Assembly: GCA_009877105.1 (NCBI GenBank)
Contig: WXFD01000019.1
Coordinates: 9,355 to 73,354 of the forward strand
Length of the DNA: 64,000 bases
Source: Bacteroidales bacterium
Lineage (GTDB): Bacteria; Bacteroidota; Bacteroidia; Bacteroidales; VadinHA17
Direction: 5' to 3'
Shown here: in pieces, positions 55,408 to 63,725 of the stretch
Numbering within the stretch: the first letter of the stretch is position 1
How the letters are laid out: every line of letters begins with the position of its first letter
Position numbers and translations under genes: made by a program
Notes under the pieces: generated by a model
Databases searched by the model: none
What the model was told of the DNA's origin: nothing
Seen by the model: the letters and a program-made list of their open reading frames with translations, nothing else

Positions 55408-56658
55408 ATGAATGCCCGAATAAATTTTGATCCGCCGGAAGGCATGTCATCCGGCCGTGATAAGACCACAAATGTTCCGATACAGAGAGTACTTTCTATT
55501 GATATAGTCAGGGCTCTTACCATGGTCCTGATGATTTTTGTAAATGATCTCTGGACCCTGAAGGACATACCGGGTTGGCTGGGTCATGTGGAGTGGGGTG
55601 TGGATGGAATCGGCCTGGCTGATGTGGTGTTTCCGGCGTTCCTTTTCATTGTGGGGTTATCACTCCCGTATGCAGTAAACAACAGGCGAAGAAAGGGTGA
55701 CAGCGAATGGCAGCTGGTTCAGCATGTAGTGCTGAGATCGCTGGCCCTGCTGGTAATGGGAGTGTTCCTGGTGAACGGGGAAACATTCAATGCAGAGGCA
55801 ACCGGAATGGCACGTTGGTTATGGAATCCTCTCTGCTGTCTTTCATTCATTCTTATCTGGAACAGTTACCCGGCTTCAGCCGGCAAAAAACTGGTATGGA
55901 CTCTGAGAATACTGGGTATGGTTATCCTTGTCGTTCTGGCGATTATATACAAGGGCGGCCGCGGCGATCACATAATGCGTTTCTCCCCCCAGTGGTGGGG
56001 TATTCTCGGACTGATCGGTTGGGCCTACCTCGTAAGCGGTCTGATCACTGTTTTCTCAAGGAACAATTTTTTTGTCATCCTCGGGGGATGGGTATTTTTT
56101 TGTATTCTGAGCATGGTATACCTTTCGGGGATGATACCCAGGGACAGCTTTATCAATATCATTCCCAACGCGATACTTGGAGGAACCCTTACAGGCCTCA
56201 CCATGGGAGGAGTTCTCACTTCTCTTATTTTCCAGTATTTCGTACGGCAGAAAAAGAACATCAGTCTCACAATTATCCTGTTGCTTTTTTCGGCTGTATT
56301 GATTGGATTATCAATTCTGACCAGGCCCTACTGGGGCTTGTCCAAGCTCGGGGCAACAACTGCATGGCTTTTCCTGTGCAGCGCCTTTACGATCCTCGCT
56401 TTCCTTGTGATATACTGGATAGCTGATATCGGAGGCAGGGGCAACTGGTTTAATATAATCAAGCCTGCCGGAACGGCAACCCTGCTGTGCTACCTGGTAC
56501 CGTATTTTCTCTATGCCGCCAGAACGGCCTTTTCAATAAAACTGCCCGACGTTCTGGTAACAGGCGGGGCAGGGCTGGTGAAATCATTTCTGTTTGCCCT
56601 GTTATGTACTTCAGTTACAGGTCTGCTTATCCGGGCTGGTTTGAGGCTGAAACTTTGA
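55408..56658 (+). CDS. DUF5009 / heparan-alpha-glucosaminide N-acetyltransferase-like (NagX-type) integral membrane protein
   Basis: 416 aa, about 11 TM helices. The N-terminal RVLSIDIVRALTMVLMIFVN matches the R-x-x-S-x-D-x-x-R-G/A motif of the DUF1624/DUF5009 family. Confidence 0.6.
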   Translation: MNARINFDPPEGMSSGRDKTTNVPIQRVLSIDIVRALTMVLMIFVNDLWTLKDIPGWLGHVEWGVDGIGLADVVFPAFLFIVGLSLPYAVNNRRRKGDSEWQLVQHVVLRSLALLVMGVFLVNGETFNAEATGMARWLWNPLCCLSFILIWNSYPASAGKKLVWTLRILGMVILVVLAIIYKGGRGDHIMRFSPQWWGILGLIGWAYLVSGLITVFSRNNFFVILGGWVFFCILSMVYLSGMIPRDSFINIIPNAILGGTLTGLTMGGVLTSLIFQYFVRQKKNISLTIILLLFSAVLIGLSILTRPYWGLSKLGATTAWLFLCSAFTILAFLVIYWIADIGGRGNWFNIIKPAGTATLLCYLVPYFLYAARTAFSIKLPDVLVTGGAGLVKSFLFALLCTSVTGLLIRAGLRLKL

Positions 56659-56886
56659 ATTCACGGTTCGTATTAGTGATTTTTGTATTATATTGGTATT
56701 TTTAATAATAAATAGCATTAAAGCAGAGTTGCATATTCATATAACCGGGACGACTGACCATAGATATGACCGATAATGAGAGCATATCTGCAAAGACTAT
56801 TTGATCATTATGCATTGCAGCGATAACGTGCAATGATTTAATTAAAGATAATTATCATGTGCCACCTTAAATAGAGTTATTAACCC

Positions 56887-58428
56887 ATGAAAAAATACTC
56901 AGTATATCTATTAACCATACTTCGTATTCTGATAGGATGGCATTTCCTTTATGAAGGAATAACAAAGCTCATTATTCCGGAATGGACCTCAAAGTATTAC
57001 CTGCTGGGATCAAAATGGATCTTTGCCGGTTTTTTCCACTGGATCGCATCCACTCCGGCAGTTTTGAAGATAGTTGATTTCATGAATGTCTGGGGATTGA
57101 TCCTTATAGGGATATCCCTGTTCATAGGATTGTATGTAAGGTGGTCATCCATTGCAGGAGCCTTGCTTCTTTTATTGTATTACGTGGCCTATCCGCCATT
57201 GCTTGGATTTACATTTGGGTCAATACTGGAAGGTAATTACCAGTGGGTTGACAAAAACCTGATAGAACTGGCGGCGCTTGTTGTTTTCGCTTCATTGCCT
57301 GTTGGTTATTTTTTCGGACTCGACCGCTGGATAAAAAGATGGAAGGAAGAAAGGCCTATGGCACCTGTTCCGGGCCCTACCAATGCCGAAGTTGAGGGAA
57401 ATTATTCCAACAAACGCCGTGAGCTGATCCGAGATCTTATCAGCGTTCCTTTCCTGGGAGCTTTTGCCTACGTTGCATACAGGAAGAACAAATGGGTAAG
57501 CTTTGAAAAGAAGCTGCTTGCCGAAAGTGTGGATGCTGTTACCAGCGCCACAGTCAAAAGCTTTCAGTTCACTTCGCTTGATGATCTCAAGGGAACCCTG
57601 CCCAAAGGCAGAATCGGCGACATGGAGCTCAGCAGGCTCATCATGGGCGGCAACCTGATAGGAGGGTGGGGGCATGCCCGTGACCTTATCTACGTTGACG
57701 AACTTATAAAGAAATATCATACCGATGAAAAGGTAATGCAGACTTTTGAACTTGCCGAGCGATGCGGTATTAATTCCATTATAGTCAATCCAGCAACCTT
57801 CAGGATAATTAATAAATACTGGCACGAAACGGGAGGAAAGATCAGGATCATATCCGATTGCGGCGTTGGAAAGGATTTCCTGGAAGGAATCGAACTTTCC
57901 GCCAGGGGAGGAGCATCAGCCATGTACAGCCATGGAGGCAAGACCGATGCCCGTGTTTTTGCAAACGATCATTCAATTTACGATGAGCTGGCCAGGGGGC
58001 TTGAGCTTATCCGCAGTTATGGAAAGCCTGCAGGTATAGGGGCCCACAGGATTGAAACGATCCAGGCTTGTGTGGAACACGGCATTAAACCCGATTTCTG
58101 GGTAAAAACACTTCACAGTCATGATTACTGGTCGGCTAAGCTTGATCTTGAAAAACTGGATGTGACCGATCCGGGGTGGAAAGACAATAACTTCTGCCTG
58201 AAGCCGCAGGAAACAATTGATTTCATGAGCAGGCTGGAACAGCCATGGATTGCCTATAAGGTACTGGCTGCCGGTGCATTGAAACCAGAGGAAGGATTCA
58301 GGTATGCATTTGATAACGGTGCTGATTTCATCTGTGTGGGCATGTATGATTTCCAGATTGTGGCCGATGTCAACATTACCCTTGACTGCCTGGCGAATGT
58401 CAGCAGAACAAGGCCATGGCGCGGCTGA
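56887..58428 (+). CDS. Fusion protein: N-terminal DoxX-family membrane domain + ~330-aa C-terminal soluble domain of unknown family
   Basis: 513 aa. Residues 1-150 have four TM helices with LRILIGWHFLYEGITKL (DoxX-like). After a further TM helix comes a domain with LSRLIMGGNLIGGWGHARDLIYV and alternating beta/alpha character, which I cannot assign. Confidence 0.55.
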   Translation: MKKYSVYLLTILRILIGWHFLYEGITKLIIPEWTSKYYLLGSKWIFAGFFHWIASTPAVLKIVDFMNVWGLILIGISLFIGLYVRWSSIAGALLLLLYYVAYPPLLGFTFGSILEGNYQWVDKNLIELAALVVFASLPVGYFFGLDRWIKRWKEERPMAPVPGPTNAEVEGNYSNKRRELIRDLISVPFLGAFAYVAYRKNKWVSFEKKLLAESVDAVTSATVKSFQFTSLDDLKGTLPKGRIGDMELSRLIMGGNLIGGWGHARDLIYVDELIKKYHTDEKVMQTFELAERCGINSIIVNPATFRIINKYWHETGGKIRIISDCGVGKDFLEGIELSARGGASAMYSHGGKTDARVFANDHSIYDELARGLELIRSYGKPAGIGAHRIETIQACVEHGIKPDFWVKTLHSHDYWSAKLDLEKLDVTDPGWKDNNFCLKPQETIDFMSRLEQPWIAYKVLAAGALKPEEGFRYAFDNGADFICVGMYDFQIVADVNITLDCLANVSRTRPWRG

Positions 58429-58551
58429 TCCATTTCAGGATCACGATAATTCAGGAAAAATTTTCTCATGAAAAGGGATTCTGAATCTCATTACTGATTA
58501 AGATCCTTATATTGAATATAAAACCATAATCTCTAACCTAACCTTAATCTG

Positions 58552-59748
58552 ATGAAAACCAGAACCGGCATTATACTTGCCTCGATGATGTTCCTGCAAT
58601 ATTATGTGTGGGGCTCATGGTATGTTACAATGGGTACATTCATGACCAAAATTCTTGGTTCCACCGGTATCCAGATCGGTGCTGCGTACAGCGCACTGGC
58701 CATTGCAACTATGATATCACCTTTTTTCGTAGGCATGATTGCCGACCGTTTTTTTGCAGCCCAGAAAGTGATGGGGGTTTTGCACCTGGTTGGCGCCGGG
58801 CTGTTGTTCCTGGCATCAAGGATCACAACCAATGCACCGTTTTACTGGGTGATCATGCTTTATTCCCTGGCTTACATGCCTACGATAGCCCTCTCAAACA
58901 GCGTTGCCTTCAGGCAGATGACCGATCCGGGCAGGCAGTTCCCTGTTATAAGAGTTTTCGGTACCATCGGGTGGGTTATTTCCGGATTCATGATAGCACT
59001 GTTCGGAATTGAACAGACTCCGGGAACCTTTTATATGGCCGCCCTGGTGTCACTGGCACTTGGAATTTACAGCTTCATGCTTCCCGATACTCCCCCGCAG
59101 GCAAAAACTCCTTCTTCAGCAAGGTCGATATTGGGTATCGATGCCTTTATCCTTTTCAGGGACAAACCTTACCTGATCTTCTTTGTGGCGGCAATATTTG
59201 TTTGTATTCCCCTCTCATTCTACTTCGGTTTTGCCAACCTCTTCCTTAACCAGGCAGGGATGCCAAATGCAGCCGGAAAAATGGTTTACGGGCAGATTTC
59301 GGAAGCTCTTTTTATCCTTGCCATTCCTTTCCTTTTCAACAGGATCGGGGTTAAGAAAATGCTGCTCATCGGAATGACAGCCTGGCTCCTCCGCTACCTT
59401 TGCTTTGCATTCGGAAATATGGGGCCAAACCTGTGGATGCTGTACACCGGTATCATCCTTCATGGTGTCTGCTATGACTTCTTCTTCGTAACGGGTTACA
59501 TGTATACTGAAAAGAAATCGAACGAAAGGATCAAAAACGCAGCCCAGGGCCTGTTTACTTTCGTTACCTATGGCCTGGGCATGTTCATTGGCACCTGGGT
59601 CTCAGGTTTTGTGACAACATATTATTCAGTGGGCCAGGTTTACCAGTGGCGCGAGATCTGGTTCGTACCTGCATATATCGCTGTTGCAGTCCTGATTTGC
59701 TTCATATTCTTCTTCAGGGAGAAAAAGAGTATTGAAGTTGTGAAATGA
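58552..59748 (+). CDS. NupG/XapB-family nucleoside:H+ symporter-like MFS permease
   Basis: 398 aa. It resembles E. coli NupG throughout as I remember that sequence: FLQYYVWGSWYVTMGTFM, PVIRVFGTIGWVISGFM, LGIDAFILFRDK, ISEALFILAIPFLFNRIGVKKML. Confidence 0.8.
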   Translation: MKTRTGIILASMMFLQYYVWGSWYVTMGTFMTKILGSTGIQIGAAYSALAIATMISPFFVGMIADRFFAAQKVMGVLHLVGAGLLFLASRITTNAPFYWVIMLYSLAYMPTIALSNSVAFRQMTDPGRQFPVIRVFGTIGWVISGFMIALFGIEQTPGTFYMAALVSLALGIYSFMLPDTPPQAKTPSSARSILGIDAFILFRDKPYLIFFVAAIFVCIPLSFYFGFANLFLNQAGMPNAAGKMVYGQISEALFILAIPFLFNRIGVKKMLLIGMTAWLLRYLCFAFGNMGPNLWMLYTGIILHGVCYDFFFVTGYMYTEKKSNERIKNAAQGLFTFVTYGLGMFIGTWVSGFVTTYYSVGQVYQWREIWFVPAYIAVAVLICFIFFFREKKSIEVVK

Positions 59749-59811
59749 ATTAAAATTCAGTTCCGGTTCTGCCACTGCAGAACAGTTTAACTTTAGAATT
59801 AAAACTGCATT

Positions 59812-60120
59812 ATGATAGTTACTTGTGTTTACGTAAGTGTAAAACCTGATTGCATTGAAAGCTTTGTACGGGAAACCATAGCAAACCACAGGGAATCGGT
59901 GAAGGAACCGGGTAACCTTCGCTTTGACCTTCTCGGCCAGGCTGATGACCCTTCACGGTTCATGGTGTATGAAGCCTACGAATCTGAAGAGGCTGCAGCG
60001 GAGCACAAAAATACGGCTCACTATCTGAAATGGCGCGATGCTGTCAAAGATATGATGGCTGCACCCAGGCAGGGAGTACGGTATAATGTCATTGAACCGC
60101 ACGATCGGTCGGAATGGTGA
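59812..60120 (+). CDS. ABM-domain protein, LsrG/YgiN-like (antibiotic-biosynthesis-monooxygenase fold)
   Basis: 102 aa. NHRESVKEPGNLRFDLL...SRFMVYEAYESEEAAAEHKNTAHY closely parallels E. coli LsrG as I remember it (NHLGSVQEEGNLRFDVL...[24 protein letters not shown]). Confidence 0.75.
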   Translation: MIVTCVYVSVKPDCIESFVRETIANHRESVKEPGNLRFDLLGQADDPSRFMVYEAYESEEAAAEHKNTAHYLKWRDAVKDMMAAPRQGVRYNVIEPHDRSEW

Positions 60121-61286
60121 AGCCATTTAATTTCTCCAGGCTTCCGGCTATCAGCTTTGGACCCGGTAAATTAAAGCTGCTTCCAGATATGATCCGGCAA
60201 TACGGCAGGAACATTGTCCTGGTAACCGGCGGAAGTTCATTTGTCAATTCATCTCATTACCAGTCTTTAATCGGGGCATTTAATGATGCCGTCATCATTT
60301 TCAACCATGTGACCATATCCACTGAACCATCACCCGAAATTATTGATGAAGCAGTTGGCTGTTTGTCCGCCCTGGCTGCCGATGTTGTTGTCTCAATTGG
60401 CGGGGGAAGCGTGGTTGATGCTGGCAAGGCGATCTCGGCCATGCTTACCGTGAAGGATTCAGTGAAGTGTTACCTTGAAGGGGTGGGAACAAAGGACCAT
60501 CCGGGGACCAGGCTTCCTTTCATTGCTGTTCCGACAACGGCCGGGACCGGCAGCGAGGCGACAAAGAATGCGGTTATATCGGATGTGGGAAAAGTTGGAT
60601 TCAAAAAGTCGCTGCGGCATGATAATTTTGTTCCGGATATGGCGGTGATTGACCCGGAACTCACTTTAAGCTGCCCGGAAAATATCACTGCAGCAAGCGG
60701 AATGGATTGTTTTACCCAGCTTACCGAAGCATTTTTATCTGACAGGGCAAATGAATTTACGGATGCATTTGCATTGGAAGGACTGAAAGCGGTGGCAAAT
60801 TCATTGGTGGCGGTTTTTGAAGACGGGTCAAATCTGGAAGCCCGGAGCGGAATGTCATTTGCCGCACTGACCTCTGGTATCTGTCTTGCCAATGCAGGTT
60901 TGGGTGTGGTTCACGGATTCGCTTCATCGGCCGGAGGCATGTTCCGGATTCCGCATGGGATGCTGTGCGGTACACTGATGGCGGTGGCCAATGAGATTAA
61001 TGTCAGGGAATTGAGAAGAAGAAACGACAATCCCACGGCACTAAGGAAATATGCGTCACTGGGCAGATTATTCATTGATGCTGACGCAAAGCCTGATGAC
61101 TACTTCATCGACGGATTTATCCGGTTCCTGTATGAGATCACCGACAGGTTCGCCCTTCCAAGGCTTTCAGAGTTCGGTATTGCAAGGGATGATGTCGGAT
61201 CAGTCTGCAGCCAGACCGAAATAAAAAACAATCCTGTGAAACTGGGAAGGGAAGAACTTGAAGAAATACTAGTCAGCCGACTGTGA
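60114..61286 (+). CDS. Iron-containing (group III) alcohol dehydrogenase
   Basis: 390 aa with GGGSVVDAGKA, AVPTTAGTGSE and the GVVHGFAS...HG histidine cluster. It overlaps the ABM gene by 7 nt. Confidence 0.9.
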   Translation: MVKPFNFSRLPAISFGPGKLKLLPDMIRQYGRNIVLVTGGSSFVNSSHYQSLIGAFNDAVIIFNHVTISTEPSPEIIDEAVGCLSALAADVVVSIGGGSVVDAGKAISAMLTVKDSVKCYLEGVGTKDHPGTRLPFIAVPTTAGTGSEATKNAVISDVGKVGFKKSLRHDNFVPDMAVIDPELTLSCPENITAASGMDCFTQLTEAFLSDRANEFTDAFALEGLKAVANSLVAVFEDGSNLEARSGMSFAALTSGICLANAGLGVVHGFASSAGGMFRIPHGMLCGTLMAVANEINVRELRRRNDNPTALRKYASLGRLFIDADAKPDDYFIDGFIRFLYEITDRFALPRLSEFGIARDDVGSVCSQTEIKNNPVKLGREELEEILVSRL

Positions 61287-61326
61287 TACTGAGTTTTCCG
61301 GCTAACTGCCACTGACGCTTAATCCA

Positions 61327-62085
61327 ATGAACAGGCTAATGGACGATAACCGGGTTTTGTTCAGGTTTTATGAGGAGCTGAATGATTTTCTCCCTCCATC
61401 AAGGAGAAAAATATCATTTCCATATTCCTACAAGGGAACGCCTTCAGTGAAGGATGCTATTGAATCCCTGGGTGTTCCCCACGTCGAGGTCGATCTGATA
61501 CTTGTTAACAGTAAACCGGTGGATTTCTCATATTTGCTTGAAAACGGTGATGTAATATCTGTTTATCCTGTTTTTGAAAGTATTGATATAAGCGCAGCAA
61601 ACAGACTGAGGCCAAAGCCACTCAGAAATTCCAGGTTCATCCTCGATGCACATCTGGGAAAACTGGCAAAATACCTCCGTTTACTGGGATTTGATACATT
61701 ATTTTTCAACCATATCAGTGACAATGAAATAATCTCAATCTCCCTGCAGGAAAGAAGGATCATTCTTACGCGTGACAGAAACCTTCTGAAACACAAACAG
61801 GTAACTCACGGATACTGGGTAAGGTCGCAGAAACCAAAAAAACAGCTTGAAGAGATTGCAGGCAGACTTGACCTGAAAAACTCTGCCATTCCATTCACCC
61901 GGTGCATGGAATGCAACAGTATAATAACCATGATCAGCAAGGATGCTGTCCTGGAAAACTTGCAGCAGAAGACCAGGGAATATTACAATAATTTCCGGAA
62001 ATGTCAGGGTTGCGGACGGATATACTGGGAAGGTTCTCATTTTGAAAGCATGCAAAAGCTCGTGGATTCGATCCTGTCAGGGTGA
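61327..62085 (+). CDS. Mut7-C RNase-domain protein with N-terminal ubiquitin-like (Ub-Mut7C) domain and C-terminal zinc ribbon
   Basis: 252 aa. FRFYEELNDFLP...GDVISVYP is the beta-grasp N-terminus. RFILDAHLGKLAKYLRLLGFDT is the PIN-like Mut7-C core. CMECNS...CQGCGRIYWEGSH is a zinc ribbon. Confidence 0.75.
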   Translation: MNRLMDDNRVLFRFYEELNDFLPPSRRKISFPYSYKGTPSVKDAIESLGVPHVEVDLILVNSKPVDFSYLLENGDVISVYPVFESIDISAANRLRPKPLRNSRFILDAHLGKLAKYLRLLGFDTLFFNHISDNEIISISLQERRIILTRDRNLLKHKQVTHGYWVRSQKPKKQLEEIAGRLDLKNSAIPFTRCMECNSIITMISKDAVLENLQQKTREYYNNFRKCQGCGRIYWEGSHFESMQKLVDSILSG

Positions 62086-62273
62086 ATCCGGTCTGACTGG
62101 TCCCATATTGATTTGCGGCTCATTTTCGGATCCTGGTGCAATTGATCAGTATCAAAGTAAAACCGATGAAATTGATCTGTTCCTGGAAAATTCCGTAACC
62201 GGATAACCGGGAATTTTGATTAATTTTATTAATGTTTTTGATAACTGACAAGGCATAACGAATTTTATCTTCA

Positions 62274-62287
62274 CGGATAATTATCCG
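62274..62287. promoter_or_regulatory. Perfect 14-bp palindrome CGGATAATTATCCG, 34 nt upstream of the GH29 start (candidate operator); extra half-site CGGATAA at 62200..62206
   Basis: Read directly. The palindrome is followed by GTTTT, so a loop-less hairpin or terminator reading is also possible. Confidence 0.3.
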
Positions 62288-62320
62288 GTTTTAAGAAACC
62301 AGTAACCAACCAATACCGAT

Positions 62321-63676
62321 ATGAAAGCGATAATTCCAACTATCAAAACCCTGATCATTTGTTTGTTAATGATTTCACAGATGGGTTGGGCCCAGCTTCC
62401 GAAGGAGACAGAGGCTCAGAAAGCAGAAAGGATGAAATGGTGGACCGAAGCGCGGTTCGGGATGTTCATTCACTGGGGTCTTTATGCCCTGCCGGCCCGT
62501 CATGAGTGGGTCAAACACCATGAGCGTATGACAAATGAACAATACCAGAAATATTTTGAAAATTTCGACCCTGATCTGTATGATCCAAAGGAATGGGCCA
62601 GGATGGCAAAGGAAGCCGGGATGAAATATGTGGTGCTCACGTCGAAACATCATGAGGGCTTTTGCCTCTGGGATACAAGATACACCGATTATAAATCCAC
62701 TAACACGCCTATCGGAAAGGATCTGATAAGGGAATTTGTGGAGGCCTTCAGGGCAGAAGGCCTTAAAGTGGGGTTTTATTATTCACTTCTCGACTGGCAT
62801 CATCCTGATTACACGATCGACAGGAACCATCCGCAGCGTCAGGAGTCGGATGCCGACTACAACAGGCTTAACAAGGGAAAAGACATGAACAGGTACCGGG
62901 CCTACATGAAGGACCAGGTGCGGGAGCTGCTTACAAATTATGGCGAGATCAGTATTATATGGTTCGATTTCTCATTCCCGGGAAAAAATGGCAAGGGGCG
63001 TGATGACTGGGATTCGGAAGGGCTTCTTAAGCTTGCACGATCGCTTCAGCCGGGAATAATTGTCGACGACCGTCTTGATCTTAAGGATGTTGAAGGCGGA
63101 TGGGATTTCACCACTCCCGAACAGGTGAAGGTTGCAAAATGGCCGGAGTATAACGGAAAGAAGATTCCGTGGGAGACATGCCAGACGTTTTCCGGATCGT
63201 GGGGATATTACCGCGATGAAACGACCTGGAAAAGCCCGGCACAGCTCATTGAACTCCTTGTGGAATCAGTGAGCAAGGGCGGCAATCTCCTCCTGAATGT
63301 CGGGCCTACGGCGAGAGGTATTTTTGATTACAGGGCACGGGAGAGGCTGGAAGCAATCGGAGAGTGGATGAAGTACAACAGCCGTTCGATTTATAACTGC
63401 ACCGAGGCTCCTGCAGGCTTCAGGGCTCCGGCAAATACGCTGCTTACCTACAATCCCGCAACAAAAAGGCTGTATATACATCTGCTGGCGTATCCCATGG
63501 GTGCCATGACCCTTGAGAATATGGCTGACAAGGTCAGGTACATTCAGTTTCTGCACGATGCCTCCGAGATCCGCTTTACCGCAGGCAGCAATGAACAGAA
63601 AAACAATCTCAACCTTCAGCTCCCGGTGATGAAGCCCCCGGTGGAGATCCCGGTGCTGGAGGTGATCCTTAAATAA
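62321..63676 (+). CDS. Alpha-L-fucosidase, glycoside hydrolase family 29
   Basis: 451 aa with a signal peptide. RFGMFIHWGLYA, KYVVLTSKHHEGFCLWDT, IWFDFS and GGNLLLNVGP are GH29 hallmarks. Confidence 0.9.
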   Translation: MKAIIPTIKTLIICLLMISQMGWAQLPKETEAQKAERMKWWTEARFGMFIHWGLYALPARHEWVKHHERMTNEQYQKYFENFDPDLYDPKEWARMAKEAGMKYVVLTSKHHEGFCLWDTRYTDYKSTNTPIGKDLIREFVEAFRAEGLKVGFYYSLLDWHHPDYTIDRNHPQRQESDADYNRLNKGKDMNRYRAYMKDQVRELLTNYGEISIIWFDFSFPGKNGKGRDDWDSEGLLKLARSLQPGIIVDDRLDLKDVEGGWDFTTPEQVKVAKWPEYNGKKIPWETCQTFSGSWGYYRDETTWKSPAQLIELLVESVSKGGNLLLNVGPTARGIFDYRARERLEAIGEWMKYNSRSIYNCTEAPAGFRAPANTLLTYNPATKRLYIHLLAYPMGAMTLENMADKVRYIQFLHDASEIRFTAGSNEQKNNLNLQLPVMKPPVEIPVLEVILK

Positions 63677-63725
63677 TGTCTGTCCGGGTGCCGGATCAGT
63701 CAGTGATTTTCATGTGATTTTCCGG

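Noticed and set aside
55707-56426. 239-aa ORF in an alternative plus-strand frame
   Set aside because: It is wholly nested in the DUF5009 membrane-protein gene, whose frame gives coherent TM helices. The alternative frame is Arg/Gly/Ser-rich and looks non-protein-like.
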